DNA of 64,000 nt from an uncultured Thermococci archaeon (GTDB lineage: Archaea; Methanobacteriota_B; Thermococci; Methanofastidiosales; B48-G16). The notes under the pieces are model-generated. The model did not search any database. It was not told the DNA's origin and worked only from the letters and a program-made list of their open reading frames with translations. Location: assembly GCA_964595645.1 (NCBI GenBank), contig CAZQQT010000001.1:224001-288000 (forward strand). Direction: 5' to 3'. A program made the translations under genes and the position numbers. Below are positions 30,020 through 40,300 of the stretch, piece by piece. The stretch's first letter is position 1, and each line of letters begins with the position of its first letter.

Positions 30020-31132
30020 TTACAGTAATTGTTCCACCGCCTCTTTCACCTTCTTTCTGTATCGTTCAGGTGCGGAGATCACTGCAGGATACTCCATTGG
30101 GGCTGATTTTCGTAGTATTGCATGGTCCTCAAACCGTTCAACGCCATCGTTAAAGACCTTTATCTCTACGGTGTCTGGATTTTCAATTCCTGGGATATCG
30201 ACGATGCAGTAATGTTCGGGGATATCCGCCTTCTCACAGAGTTCACGTTCCAGTGTCTTTCGCTCCTCAAAGGACAGATCGAGATCTCTGTACTCCACAA
30301 CTTTAAACAGGACTCTATATTTCAATCGATGATATATTTCTTTGGGGAATCCTTCTGTATTTTTTAAGAGGCAGAGGAGCTCGGTGTCCGTCATTTCGGC
30401 GATTTCCTCTATATTGGTTTCAGTTGCAGTACATTCCACAGCCCTTGCCAGCATGCTCTCGCAGATTCGTGCTGTCTTATGGAAGTAGACGGAGGCAAAC
30501 ATGAGGTCTCGGGCGATCAGCATCCCCTCCACTGCGAGAACACCCTTTTCATTGATCCCAAGAGATCCCTCCCTGATCTCGAGTGTTTTGAGGATCCGTT
30601 CAAGATCGATAATCCCGTGGGCAACCCCGGTATAGTGTGCGTCCCGGAGGAGGTAATCAATTCTGTCCACGTCAAGATCTCCTGCGATGATCTGCGATAG
30701 GTATCCTTTTTTCTCACGTCTGAGGATCTTCGTTACCTCTTTCGGATCAACATTGTAATGTTCAAGTATCTCCTCGAGATCTCTCACCCGTTCACAGGCG
30801 AGATCCACATGATTTTTGTTCAGATAGTACTCTGAGAGGTACTCCAGTGTGTGGGAAAAAGGAAAATGTCCTGTGTCATGGAGCACGGCAGCGGTGGTCA
30901 GTGCCTTCTTCTCAATATCAAGTTCATCGCAGATCTTCTCCGTGAGGTAGTAGACTCCAAGTGAGTGCTCAAACCGGGTGTGGTTTGCTCCAGGAAACAC
31001 GAGGTTGGTGAGTCCCAACTGCTTTATATCCCGCAGTCGTTGTACCGGAGCTGAGTGGAAAAGCTCGAGGATGACGCCGTCTATTCTCACACTTCCGTGA
31101 ATCGGGTCGTGGATGATTTTGTATTGTTTCAT
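30020..31132 (-). CDS. HD-domain phosphohydrolase (dNTPase-like, YdhJ/SAMHD1 type)
   Basis: DPIHG, QRLRDIKQLG, HTRFEHSLG, LHDTGHFPFSH, DVDRIDYLLRD. Confidence 0.92.
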   Translation of the reverse strand: MKQYKIIHDPIHGSVRIDGVILELFHSAPVQRLRDIKQLGLTNLVFPGANHTRFEHSLGVYYLTEKICDELDIEKKALTTAAVLHDTGHFPFSHTLEYLSEYYLNKNHVDLACERVRDLEEILEHYNVDPKEVTKILRREKKGYLSQIIAGDLDVDRIDYLLRDAHYTGVAHGIIDLERILKTLEIREGSLGINEKGVLAVEGMLIARDLMFASVYFHKTARICESMLARAVECTATETNIEEIAEMTDTELLCLLKNTEGFPKEIYHRLKYRVLFKVVEYRDLDLSFEERKTLERELCEKADIPEHYCIVDIPGIENPDTVEIKVFNDGVERFEDHAILRKSAPMEYPAVISAPERYRKKVKEAVEQLL

Positions 31133-31265
31133 TGGTACTTCACCTGTGCAGAACGATAAAAAGGTTTTGTTGAATAATATCTTTTAAATTTTAAATTTAT
31201 TAAAAAAGTTTATAAATGATAAAATCTATAATTAATAAAAGAAAAAAAGTACATTAGGTGACATT

Positions 31266-33722
31266 ATGGAGTTCGAAAAACTTGGTGCATTTTATCTTGG
31301 CAAGGAATACGATGTAGCTTCGAATATACTGCGAAATAGGCTGGTGATGTACGATGCGCGGGATCTCACCACGCACGCAGTCTGTGTCGGGATGACGGGT
31401 AGCGGAAAGACTGGCCTCTGTATTGACATTCTCGAAGAGGCTGCCATCGACCGTATTCCAGCCCTCATCATCGATCCGAAGGGAGACATTACAAATTTGA
31501 TGCTTACCTTTCCAGAACTACACCCCGACGACTTCTTGCCGTGGATCAATGTGGACGATGCACGGCGCAAAGGACTTAGTCCAAAAGAGTTTTCGGTCCA
31601 ACAAGCAGAATTGTGGCGTGAAGGACTCGCAAAGTGGGGACAGGACGGTGAGCGTATTAAACTGCTTCAGGACTCTGCAGATATCGTAATTTACACCCCG
31701 GGCAGTGATGCTGGCGTTCCTGTTTCGATTCTCCACTCTTTTACCGCACCATCTCTTGAATGGGACACTCATGCTGAGTTACTCCGGGAACAGATCCAAG
31801 GCATTGTCAGTGCACTTCTCGGACTCATCGGTATCGCTGCCGATCCCGTCCGTTCCCGGGAACACATTCTTCTCTCCACACTTTTTGAGTACTACTGGCG
31901 CAGAAATGAGGATCTGGATCTTGGAAAACTGATTACCGCGATTCAGAGCCCACCGGTACGAACACTCGGCGTATTTGACATCGACACGTTTTTCCCGGAG
32001 AAGGATCGGATCGAACTCGCCATGAGCCTCAATAATCTCATTGCAGCTCCGAATTTTCAGAATTGGCTGAAAGGTCAACCTCTCGATATCGCGACGTTTT
32101 TGAGTACAGACGAGGGAACACCCCGTCACTCCATCTTTTATATTGCACATCTCAACGATGCAGAGCGCATGTTTTTTGTTACACTTCTACTTAACCAAAT
32201 CATTGCGTGGATGCGGCGGCAGCCGGGAACGACGAGTCTTCGAGCACTCCTCTACATGGATGAGATTTTTGGATTTTTTCCTCCTGTAGCCGCTCCCCCA
32301 AGTAAGAAGCCGATGCTCACACTCTTGAAACAGGCACGAGCCTATGGACTTGGTGTTATCCTTACCACGCAGAATCCGGTGGATCTCGATTACAAGGGTC
32401 TCACCAATGCAGGAACGTGGTTTATCGGGAGACTCCAAACCGAACGGGACAAGATGCGGGTCCTTGATGGACTTGAAAGTATTTCCTCAAAGGAGGGTGC
32501 ATCGTTAGACCGGACATCGTTGAGTCGACTCATCTCCAACCTTGAAAAACGGGTATTTCTCCTGCATAATGTCCATGAAGATGCGCCTGTAACGTTTTAT
32601 ACCCGATGGGCAATGAGCTACCTCCGCGGCCCTTTGACACGGACGCAGATACGACAGCTCATGAGCGGAAGGGAAGTTCACACTATCTCTCCCCCCGTAC
32701 ACGTTCCCCTTCCATCGCAGGGTTCGACGCTCACCTCACCACCGACAGTGTCCGCCGAGATCAACCAGTACTACTTTCCCCTTCGCAAGAGTAGAGATGC
32801 TGCAGTGATGGAGGTGAAGAAGGAAAAAGAGTCCATTAATGTGGAATCTCACTCGCTTGTCTACACGCCCGGTGTGTTGGGGAAAGCCCGTGTTCACTTT
32901 GTGGACACACGGAAGGGGATTACCGAGTCCAGGGATCTGGCGTTACTTCTCTCCAGTCCCAACCTCTCTCATTGGGAAAATGCGCAGGAAATAGAGATCA
33001 CGGAGTTGGTGGATCATGCTGAGCCCGATGCACAGTTCGATGAACTCTCCGAGGTGCTCAACGAGCCTGATGAGTTTGAGGAGTTGGAAAAGGAACTCAG
33101 GAATCATCTCTACCGTACCAGTAGACTAGATCTCTTTTATAGTCCTGCACTCAAGGAATACTCCCTCCCAGGAGAAACAAAACGCGATTTTATCATGCGG
33201 TTACGGCAGGATGCCAGAGAGCATCGGGATGAAGAGATCGACGATCTCCAACAAAAGTATGACAAGAAAATACAGAAACTACAGGATCGGTTGAGTCGGG
33301 CCGAGGTTGCTCTTGAGAAGAAAGAGGCTACTGCGCAGTCGCGGAAGCAGGAAATCCTCGTCTCTGTAGGAGAGTCCGTGCTGGGTATGTTTATGGGTCG
33401 GCGATCGATCCGTTCGGCGTCCACTGCCATGAGTAAGTATCGTCAGAGTAAATTGGCAGGCATGAGCGTGAAGGAAGCTGAAGAGAAGATTGATGCATTG
33501 AAACGGGAGATCGATGACCTCGAAAACGAACTGAAACGAGAAACTGAAGACATCAGGAGGGAATGGGAAGAAGCTTTGGAAAATGTACAGGAAAAGCCGA
33601 TAAAACCACGAAAAAGTGATATAGATGTGGGCATGATCGCGCTGGCGTGGATGCCCCAATGGCACATTGTCTACACGGAGTGGAGCGGTACTACCCACAC
33701 AGATGTTGTGCCGGCGTACTGA
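31266..33722 (+). CDS. HerA/FtsK-superfamily P-loop ATPase with C-terminal coiled coil
   Basis: THAVCVGMTGSGKTG, IIDPKGD, LYMDEIFGF, LLKQARAYG, TQNPVDLD. Confidence 0.85.
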   Translation: MEFEKLGAFYLGKEYDVASNILRNRLVMYDARDLTTHAVCVGMTGSGKTGLCIDILEEAAIDRIPALIIDPKGDITNLMLTFPELHPDDFLPWINVDDARRKGLSPKEFSVQQAELWREGLAKWGQDGERIKLLQDSADIVIYTPGSDAGVPVSILHSFTAPSLEWDTHAELLREQIQGIVSALLGLIGIAADPVRSREHILLSTLFEYYWRRNEDLDLGKLITAIQSPPVRTLGVFDIDTFFPEKDRIELAMSLNNLIAAPNFQNWLKGQPLDIATFLSTDEGTPRHSIFYIAHLNDAERMFFVTLLLNQIIAWMRRQPGTTSLRALLYMDEIFGFFPPVAAPPSKKPMLTLLKQARAYGLGVILTTQNPVDLDYKGLTNAGTWFIGRLQTERDKMRVLDGLESISSKEGASLDRTSLSRLISNLEKRVFLLHNVHEDAPVTFYTRWAMSYLRGPLTRTQIRQLMSGREVHTISPPVHVPLPSQGSTLTSPPTVSAEINQYYFPLRKSRDAAVMEVKKEKESINVESHSLVYTPGVLGKARVHFVDTRKGITESRDLALLLSSPNLSHWENAQEIEITELVDHAEPDAQFDELSEVLNEPDEFEELEKELRNHLYRTSRLDLFYSPALKEYSLPGETKRDFIMRLRQDAREHRDEEIDDLQQKYDKKIQKLQDRLSRAEVALEKKEATAQSRKQEILVSVGESVLGMFMGRRSIRSASTAMSKYRQSKLAGMSVKEAEEKIDALKREIDDLENELKRETEDIRREWEEALENVQEKPIKPRKSDIDVGMIALAWMPQWHIVYTEWSGTTHTDVVPAY

Positions 33723-33758
33723 GGAAAACAATTTTAACCCCTCCCTCACAAGGGAGCT

Positions 33759-34511
33759 ATGTTCAATGAAAATCTTCAGGAGTTAATCATCGATAAAAAA
33801 TCGCGGCTCTGTGCAGGACTTGATCCTGCACCCGCTGACATGAGGAAGAAGTACACCACAGAGAAACCGATCCTGAGCTTCTGTCTGGAGATGGTGGAAG
33901 AAACAGCCGAACATACGGTGGCATACAAGCCGAATCTCCAGTATATTATGCCGTTGGGCCACCGGGAGATGCGAAAGCTCAATAAAACGATTCATCATCA
34001 CGATGCATTATCGATACTGGATCTCAAGCTTGGAGATATTGGATCTTCCAATACTGCTTCTCTTTACTGGATGAAAAAGCTGGGGTTTGATGCGTTCACC
34101 TACTCTCCATTCCCCGGAAATATCGAGGAGACAGGAAAAAATGCGCAACGTTATGGGCTTGGTGTGTTTGTACTGACGTTAATGAGTAATCCTCAGGCGA
34201 AATACTTTATGAAATCGGAAATTGAAGGAAAAAAAGCCTATAAATTTATCGCAGAGAAAGTCAATACGATGAAGGGTAACGCGGTGATAGGTGCCACATG
34301 TGCAATAGAGGATCTTCAGAATCTCGCCTCGGTACTTCACAAGGATCGGTTCGTGCTTGTCCCCGGTATTGGCGCCCAGAAAGGGGGTATGCAGATTCTC
34401 ACACTGTTTCCTAATACACTGGTGAACGTGGGGAGGGGGTTGATCTACGATAGACGTCCCGGAAGAAAAGCAGAAGAGTACATGGAAAAAATAAATAGAG
34501 TTACCAGGTAA
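33759..34511 (+). CDS. pyrF: Orotidine 5'-phosphate decarboxylase
   Basis: LCAGLDP, YKPN, DLKLGDIGSS, MSNP, LVPGIGAQ. Confidence 0.93.
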   Translation: MFNENLQELIIDKKSRLCAGLDPAPADMRKKYTTEKPILSFCLEMVEETAEHTVAYKPNLQYIMPLGHREMRKLNKTIHHHDALSILDLKLGDIGSSNTASLYWMKKLGFDAFTYSPFPGNIEETGKNAQRYGLGVFVLTLMSNPQAKYFMKSEIEGKKAYKFIAEKVNTMKGNAVIGATCAIEDLQNLASVLHKDRFVLVPGIGAQKGGMQILTLFPNTLVNVGRGLIYDRRPGRKAEEYMEKINRVTR

Positions 34512-35733
34512 ATCCGTACTGGACCTCCCGGTAGTCCTCTCTGAACTCTTTTACTTCTTTTTTTACTGCTTTCGGATCCTTTTTATCAAGAATCACTTGT
34601 TTAAACAGTTCTGCGATGTACTCCATCTCGCTTTCCTTCATGCCAACCCGCGTCATTTCCTGCGTACCGAGCCGCATTCCCGAAGGATTGTCGCTTTTCT
34701 CCACCGGGTTCCACGGAAGGAGGTTCTTATTGGTGATAATATTTGCTTCTTCGAGGGTTTCTGCCGCCCATTTGCTGATATAATCTTCGAAATCCAGGAC
34801 GATTTGATGGCTCTCTGTGAATCCTTTCTCCTCTGCTACTACTGTAAGTCCCTGCTCGGTCATTGCCTCGCCGAGTTTCTTCGCGTTTTGTATCGTTTGT
34901 TTCGCGTACTCCTCGCCGTACTCCAACATCTCGTGGGCGGTGATGGCCTTTCCTGCCACGTGGTGAAGGTGGTGGTTGGACATACAGCCCGGGAAGATTG
35001 CCCACTGAAGATTTTCTGTGGGTTTTTTCTCGAGATTTTTTGCCATAATGACGCCTCCCTGAGGTCCAGGGAATGTTTTATGGGTGGAGCCAGTGATGAT
35101 CGTCGCGCCCTCCTCAAAAGGCTTCTGGAACTGACCCCCTGCGATGAGTCCCAGGACATGGGCGGCATCGTATGCGATAATCGCGTCTGTATGGTCAGCA
35201 ATCTCCTTCACAGGGTGGGGGAAAAGGTACACGGAGGCACCGAAGAGTATAAGATCGGGATCGGTCTCATCAATCAGCGCGATGGTTTTATCCACGTCGA
35301 TATTCATCTCGTCTTCATCGTAGGGAAACTCGTGGACATTGAGACCTCGAAGCCCCGCGGCACCGAACTTTGCGTGGGTGATGTGGCCGCCATCGCTCGT
35401 GTCCAGAGATAAAATGGTATCGCCGGGCTGTGTCAGTCCAAAAAACATGGCAATATTTGCTACAGCACCAGATATAGGCCGTAAATCTACATAATCTGCA
35501 TCAAAAAGTTGATAAAAAGCCGAGTTTCCTAAGAGTTCTACTTCATCAACGTATTTACACCCTTGGTAGTATCGATTTTTCGGCCACCCTTCAGCATACT
35601 TATGCATGAATCCAGATCCAACTGCTCGTTTCACGGCAGGTGATGTAGTATTCTCACTGGCAATGAGATTTATTGTGTGTGCTCTCCACTTCTCTTGTTG
35701 TTGTATGTATCCTTTTATCTTTTCAAAACTCAT
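34501..35733 (-). CDS. glyA: Serine hydroxymethyltransferase (archaeal type)
   Basis: LIASEN, YAEG..RYYQG, DAAH, STHKTFPGPQGG, GMRLGT; start reset to ATG 35733. Confidence 0.96.
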   Translation of the reverse strand: MSFEKIKGYIQQQEKWRAHTINLIASENTTSPAVKRAVGSGFMHKYAEGWPKNRYYQGCKYVDEVELLGNSAFYQLFDADYVDLRPISGAVANIAMFFGLTQPGDTILSLDTSDGGHITHAKFGAAGLRGLNVHEFPYDEDEMNIDVDKTIALIDETDPDLILFGASVYLFPHPVKEIADHTDAIIAYDAAHVLGLIAGGQFQKPFEEGATIITGSTHKTFPGPQGGVIMAKNLEKKPTENLQWAIFPGCMSNHHLHHVAGKAITAHEMLEYGEEYAKQTIQNAKKLGEAMTEQGLTVVAEEKGFTESHQIVLDFEDYISKWAAETLEEANIITNKNLLPWNPVEKSDNPSGMRLGTQEMTRVGMKESEMEYIAELFKQVILDKKDPKAVKKEVKEFREDYREVQYGFTW

Positions 35734-35850
35734 GGGATCACCGATGATCGTATAGGTGTATGGTATTAAAAGATTTTTGTCACTGAAAATGAACGACAAA
35801 AAAATAGTGTTATACTTTTGAAGCATATGAGGAAAATCTATTCTCTCCTG

Positions 35851-36621
35851 TTAGAGTCTTTTTGCGATCATGAGCACTATTTTAGAGTAATGGCCCATCC
35901 CATTTTTTTCTATTCTCTCTCCAAATCGCCTCCAGACGTCGTCGAACGAGGGAGTAGTAAATCCATAGATCTTTGGGACATTATCGCATGCGAACGCTAT
36001 CTCCTCCTTTGCTCGTGTGGGCGTGAGTTTCTTGCCTGTTCTGAAGGATCTTTTTTTGATCAACTCGAATCCTGTGTCCTCAAGTATTTGTGTATACTCT
36101 TCCTCTTTCAACCAGGTGGCATTACAGATATATGAGAAAATCTCAACTTCTATCCGCTGTGCGTCGGTTTCCATCTCTTCTGGCGGCATCACCACGAAGC
36201 AAAAGTATCCATCTGGCTTGAGTACACGGTGAACCTTACTGAAGGTAGTAAAGACACCCTCTCTCCCCCGAGTCATATGGATATCTTCCAGTCCTAGAAA
36301 ATTAATGACGGCGTCGAATGACATCTCGGAAAACTCCATCGCAGTGGCATCCATCTTTCTTATTGAGATGCAATCCTCAAGGTTCTCCTCTGCAATATTC
36401 CTTTCGGCTGTACTCACGTCGTCCTCCGCAATGTCTATCCCCACAATTTCAATGGGATACGCTCGAGCGGCTTCAATGGCGAAGTAGCTATATCCAGTCG
36501 TGAGATCGAGAACAGTCATGCTCGATCGAAGGGGGAGTGCCTCGACGATCTTCTTGCGCACGTTATTGAGCATCGGAAAATACACCTCGTACTCTTCGTC
36601 TGAGATATATCCTTCGTCCAT
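35851..36621 (-). CDS. Class I SAM-dependent methyltransferase
   Basis: VLDLTTGYS, GIDI, MDA, SFDAV, RVLKPDG. Confidence 0.85.
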   Translation of the reverse strand: MDEGYISDEEYEVYFPMLNNVRKKIVEALPLRSSMTVLDLTTGYSYFAIEAARAYPIEIVGIDIAEDDVSTAERNIAEENLEDCISIRKMDATAMEFSEMSFDAVINFLGLEDIHMTRGREGVFTTFSKVHRVLKPDGYFCFVVMPPEEMETDAQRIEVEIFSYICNATWLKEEEYTQILEDTGFELIKKRSFRTGKKLTPTRAKEEIAFACDNVPKIYGFTTPSFDDVWRRFGERIEKNGMGHYSKIVLMIAKRL

Positions 36622-36732
36622 GCATGGGAGGGGGAATGAGACATATATATTCCTTTGTGTTATTGTAATTCATGACTCTACAATGGGAAAACCTTAATAA
36701 GGTAATACATCCTATGTAAAGTGGTGATTATA

Positions 36733-39492
36733 ATGAGAAAACTCGAACCGATGCATGTGTTGATAGTGATAGTTGCCGCACTTATTATTGGCTTTGCAGC
36801 CATGGTGGGGTACTATACGGATTACCTCTGGTTTAGTTCTGCAGGGTATTCCTCCGTGTTTTTGACGATACTGAAATGGAAATTACTGACTATCCTTATT
36901 GGATTTATTCTTGCTTTTGTGTTTCTTTACATCAACGTAAAAATTGCGAAGAAAATTTCGGAAAATATTCTCTCCGATAGAGGGATTCAGTACGAGGAAA
37001 TAGGCAAATCAGTACTCTTGATAGGGACAGCAATTGTCTCCTTTTTGTTCTCTCTCTCATTTAGTGGAAACTGGAAAACAATACTTCTCTATCTCAATAG
37101 AGTTTCTTTTGGAGTGGAGGATCCAATTCTCTCAAAAGATGCAGGATTTTATATCTTTGAACTCCCCTTCCTCTCATTTATTAGAAATACACTTTTGGGC
37201 CTTACATTTCTCGCACTAATAGCTGCTGGTGTAATTTATTTCTACCGAGCTGGGCCTATCATTAGTCCTGGATCACGAAGAAAAGGAAAGGAAGAGTTTG
37301 ATTTTGATGAAGATTTTGAACCCGATAGAGATTTTGGAGGCGATTTTGGGCTTGGAACAGATATCTTGAATCAAATACCCACAAGGATAATGATACATGT
37401 ATCGGCCTTACTCTCCTTGATATTTGGGCTGATAGCATTCAGTTTCCTCCTGAACAGGTACGGGCTGCTTTTCTCAACCCGGGGTGTTGTGACGGGAGCG
37501 GGATACACCGATGTCAACATAAAGCTGCCGATACTCTATATCCTGGCGATACTTGCCGCTTTGACTGCTGTAGCAGTCTTGGCCAATATCGCACTGAAGG
37601 ATGTGAGGGTCCCTCTTGCTGGTGTAGTACTGATCGTGGTACTGTTTTTAGCGGGTACAATTGTCCCCGGGATCTATCAGCAGTTCCGAGTCGAGCCCAA
37701 CGAACTTGAAATGGAGAGCCCGTACTTGGAGTACAACATAAAGTATACCAGAGAAGGATTTGGACTTACAGATGTTCAAGAACATCCTTTTGAAGCCACG
37801 ATGAATATTACCAGGGCAGACGTGGATAATAATATGGATGTGATTAAAAATATACGAGTCTGGGACAGAAGAGCTCTGGAACAGACGTATAAACAGCTGC
37901 AGCAGATCAGAACGTACTATACGTTTAAAGATGTGGATACAGATAGATATACCGCCGAAGGAGGCTATCAACAGTACATGATCTCGTTGAGAGAACTTGA
38001 TATGGGAGGAATCTCTCCCGAGGCGAGAACATGGGTCAACGAACGTCTTGTCTATACTCATGGATTCGGGATGGTGATGAATCCCGTCAGCGAGAAGACA
38101 GAGGATGGACAACCGAACTTGGTAGTGAAAGACATCCCGCCACAGGGAGAGTTTACTATCGAGAATCCGCGGATATACTACGGTGAGCTGACAAATGATT
38201 ACAAAATCGTGAATTCCGACAAAGAGGAGTTTGATTATCCAAAGGGAGCAGAGAATGTATTTATGAGTTATGATGGTACAGGGGGAGTACAGTTAGACTC
38301 CTTCATCAAAAACTTCATGTACTTCCTGAAGTACAGGGAACCAAAATTCCTTCTGAGTGACTATATTACTGAGGATAGCAGGCTGATGTACAATAGAAAT
38401 ATACTGGAGAGAGCGAGAAAAGTAGCTCCCTTCCTTTCCTACGACAGTAATTCGTATCCTGTGCTCTCCGAAGGGCAAATATATTGGATAATAGACGCGT
38501 ACACCACTGCAAGTACCTTTCCCTACTCAGAAAAATATCAGGCAGGCCTCCACGGGATCAACTACATCAGGAATTCCGTGAAAGTTGTGATCGATGCCCA
38601 CGATGGAACGGTGGACTTTTATATGATGGAGGAAGAACCGATAGTAAAGGCATACTCAAAGATCTTCCCAGATCTTTTCAAATCATATGAGGAGATGCCC
38701 GAGGGGCTGAAGAGCCATATTCGATATCCAAAGGACTTCTTCAAGGTACAGATGGAGATGTACAGAATATACCATATGACGGATCCGCAGACTTTCTATA
38801 ATAGGGAGGATGCATGGCAGATACCAACAGAAATGTACAGAGGATCCAGTATCACTATGGAGCCGTACTACCTTCTTACAAAACTCCTCAATGGAGAAGG
38901 ACTCGAGTATATCCTGATGCAGCCCTTTACTCCTCGAGGAAGGGAGAATATGATTGCGTGGATTGCGGCGAGATGTGATGTGCCGCACTACGGTGAACTT
39001 CGTCATTATGAACTTTCCAAAGGCAGACTCATTTACGGTCCCAAACAGATAGAATCGAGAGTTGATCAGGATCCCACTATCTCAGAGCAGCTGACGCTTT
39101 GGGGCCAGACTGGATCTCGTGTGATTAGAGGAAACCTCCTTGTAGTGCCTATTGGGAACTCCATTCTGTATGCCGAGCCGATATTCATTAGTGCGGAAGA
39201 GTCCGAGATACCGGAACTGCGGCGGGTGGTGACTTCCGACGGTGAAAAGGTGATCATGGACGAGACGCTTGTACAATCGCTCAATAAATTAGTCAAGGGC
39301 GCTGAGCTTCCCGAGGAGGAAGAAGACGGAGTACCCCAAACAGTGAAAGAGCTGGCACAGGAAGCGCTGGACCATTACAATAAAGCGCAGGAGTACCTTC
39401 AGAAAGGAGACTGGAAAGGGTACGGAGACGAGATGGAGAAAGTGCAGGAGCTGCTGGATCAGCTCAACCAGGTCTTGGAAGAAGAGGAATGA
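36733..39492 (+). CDS. UPF0182 family membrane protein
   Basis: YTDYLWF, DAGFYIFELP, GAGYTD, LVYTHGFG, NYIRNSVK, VIRGNLL. Confidence 0.93.
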   Translation: MRKLEPMHVLIVIVAALIIGFAAMVGYYTDYLWFSSAGYSSVFLTILKWKLLTILIGFILAFVFLYINVKIAKKISENILSDRGIQYEEIGKSVLLIGTAIVSFLFSLSFSGNWKTILLYLNRVSFGVEDPILSKDAGFYIFELPFLSFIRNTLLGLTFLALIAAGVIYFYRAGPIISPGSRRKGKEEFDFDEDFEPDRDFGGDFGLGTDILNQIPTRIMIHVSALLSLIFGLIAFSFLLNRYGLLFSTRGVVTGAGYTDVNIKLPILYILAILAALTAVAVLANIALKDVRVPLAGVVLIVVLFLAGTIVPGIYQQFRVEPNELEMESPYLEYNIKYTREGFGLTDVQEHPFEATMNITRADVDNNMDVIKNIRVWDRRALEQTYKQLQQIRTYYTFKDVDTDRYTAEGGYQQYMISLRELDMGGISPEARTWVNERLVYTHGFGMVMNPVSEKTEDGQPNLVVKDIPPQGEFTIENPRIYYGELTNDYKIVNSDKEEFDYPKGAENVFMSYDGTGGVQLDSFIKNFMYFLKYREPKFLLSDYITEDSRLMYNRNILERARKVAPFLSYDSNSYPVLSEGQIYWIIDAYTTASTFPYSEKYQAGLHGINYIRNSVKVVIDAHDGTVDFYMMEEEPIVKAYSKIFPDLFKSYEEMPEGLKSHIRYPKDFFKVQMEMYRIYHMTDPQTFYNREDAWQIPTEMYRGSSITMEPYYLLTKLLNGEGLEYILMQPFTPRGRENMIAWIAARCDVPHYGELRHYELSKGRLIYGPKQIESRVDQDPTISEQLTLWGQTGSRVIRGNLLVVPIGNSILYAEPIFISAEESEIPELRRVVTSDGEKVIMDETLVQSLNKLVKGAELPEEEEDGVPQTVKELAQEALDHYNKAQEYLQKGDWKGYGDEMEKVQELLDQLNQVLEEEE

Positions 39493-39541
39493 TCCGTCTC
39501 CATGGATAAACCCTTTTATAGCTGGAGCACCCTGTAGGATT

Positions 39542-40300
39542 ATGATCATTATCAAAGCAGGCGGCTCTGCCATCACGGACAAGTCTCAACAGGATACACC
39601 GCGGAGAGACGTAATGGAGGAAATAGCGGTACAGTTGCAAGAGCTTGATAAGTCTGTGATACTTGTGCATGGAGGTGGCTCCTTCGGCCACTTTCCTGCA
39701 AAGAAGTATCGGATCCACGAGGGATACCATTCCTCGGATCAACTCACGGGATTTTCCCACACTAAAGAGAAAATGGAGGCATTAAACAATATTTTCATCA
39801 AAATTCTCAACAAAAGGGTAAATGCCGTATCGGTGCAGAGTTCCGCTTGTATCGTGACAAAAAATAACGAAATCACCAGATTTTTCTCGGACCCGATTAT
39901 GCGGATACTCGATCTCGGAATGATACCTGTACTCTACGGCGATACCGTACTGGATGAGGCGATGGGATTTTGCATTCTCTCTGGGGATAGGATTATCCAG
40001 AAGCTCTGTAGTGTATTCCCCCCGGAGAGAGTGATCTTCGGGACGGATGTGGATGGCATCTACACGAAGGATCCAAAAATCGATGAGAATGCAGAGCTCA
40101 TCGAGGAACTCTCGCTCAGCGAGCATTCCGCTGAGCTCGAAGACACGGGAGATGTAACCGGGGGGATGAGTGGAAAACTCAGGGAGATCGAGAAAATAGT
40201 ACGTCAGGGAATAGAGGTCGATATCATCAATATCACGAAAAAAGGAAGGATCCTCGCGTGTATGAGTAAGGAGTTTAGAGGGACGAGGGTGGGACCATGA
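39542..40300 (+). CDS. ipk: Isopentenyl phosphate kinase
   Basis: IIKAGGSAITDK, VHGGGSFGH, ILSGD, DVTGGM. Confidence 0.9.
   Translation: MIIIKAGGSAITDKSQQDTPRRDVMEEIAVQLQELDKSVILVHGGGSFGHFPAKKYRIHEGYHSSDQLTGFSHTKEKMEALNNIFIKILNKRVNAVSVQSSACIVTKNNEITRFFSDPIMRILDLGMIPVLYGDTVLDEAMGFCILSGDRIIQKLCSVFPPERVIFGTDVDGIYTKDPKIDENAELIEELSLSEHSAELEDTGDVTGGMSGKLREIEKIVRQGIEVDIINITKKGRILACMSKEFRGTRVGP

Noticed and set aside
31150-31260. AT-rich stretch as replication origin
   Set aside because: No ORB repeats and no cdc6/orc1; explained by divergent promoters
35775-35803. TTTTTGTC-N13-GACAAAAA upstream of glyA as a riboswitch
   Set aside because: AT-rich, with no ZTP/THF aptamer motifs; at most a terminator or operator
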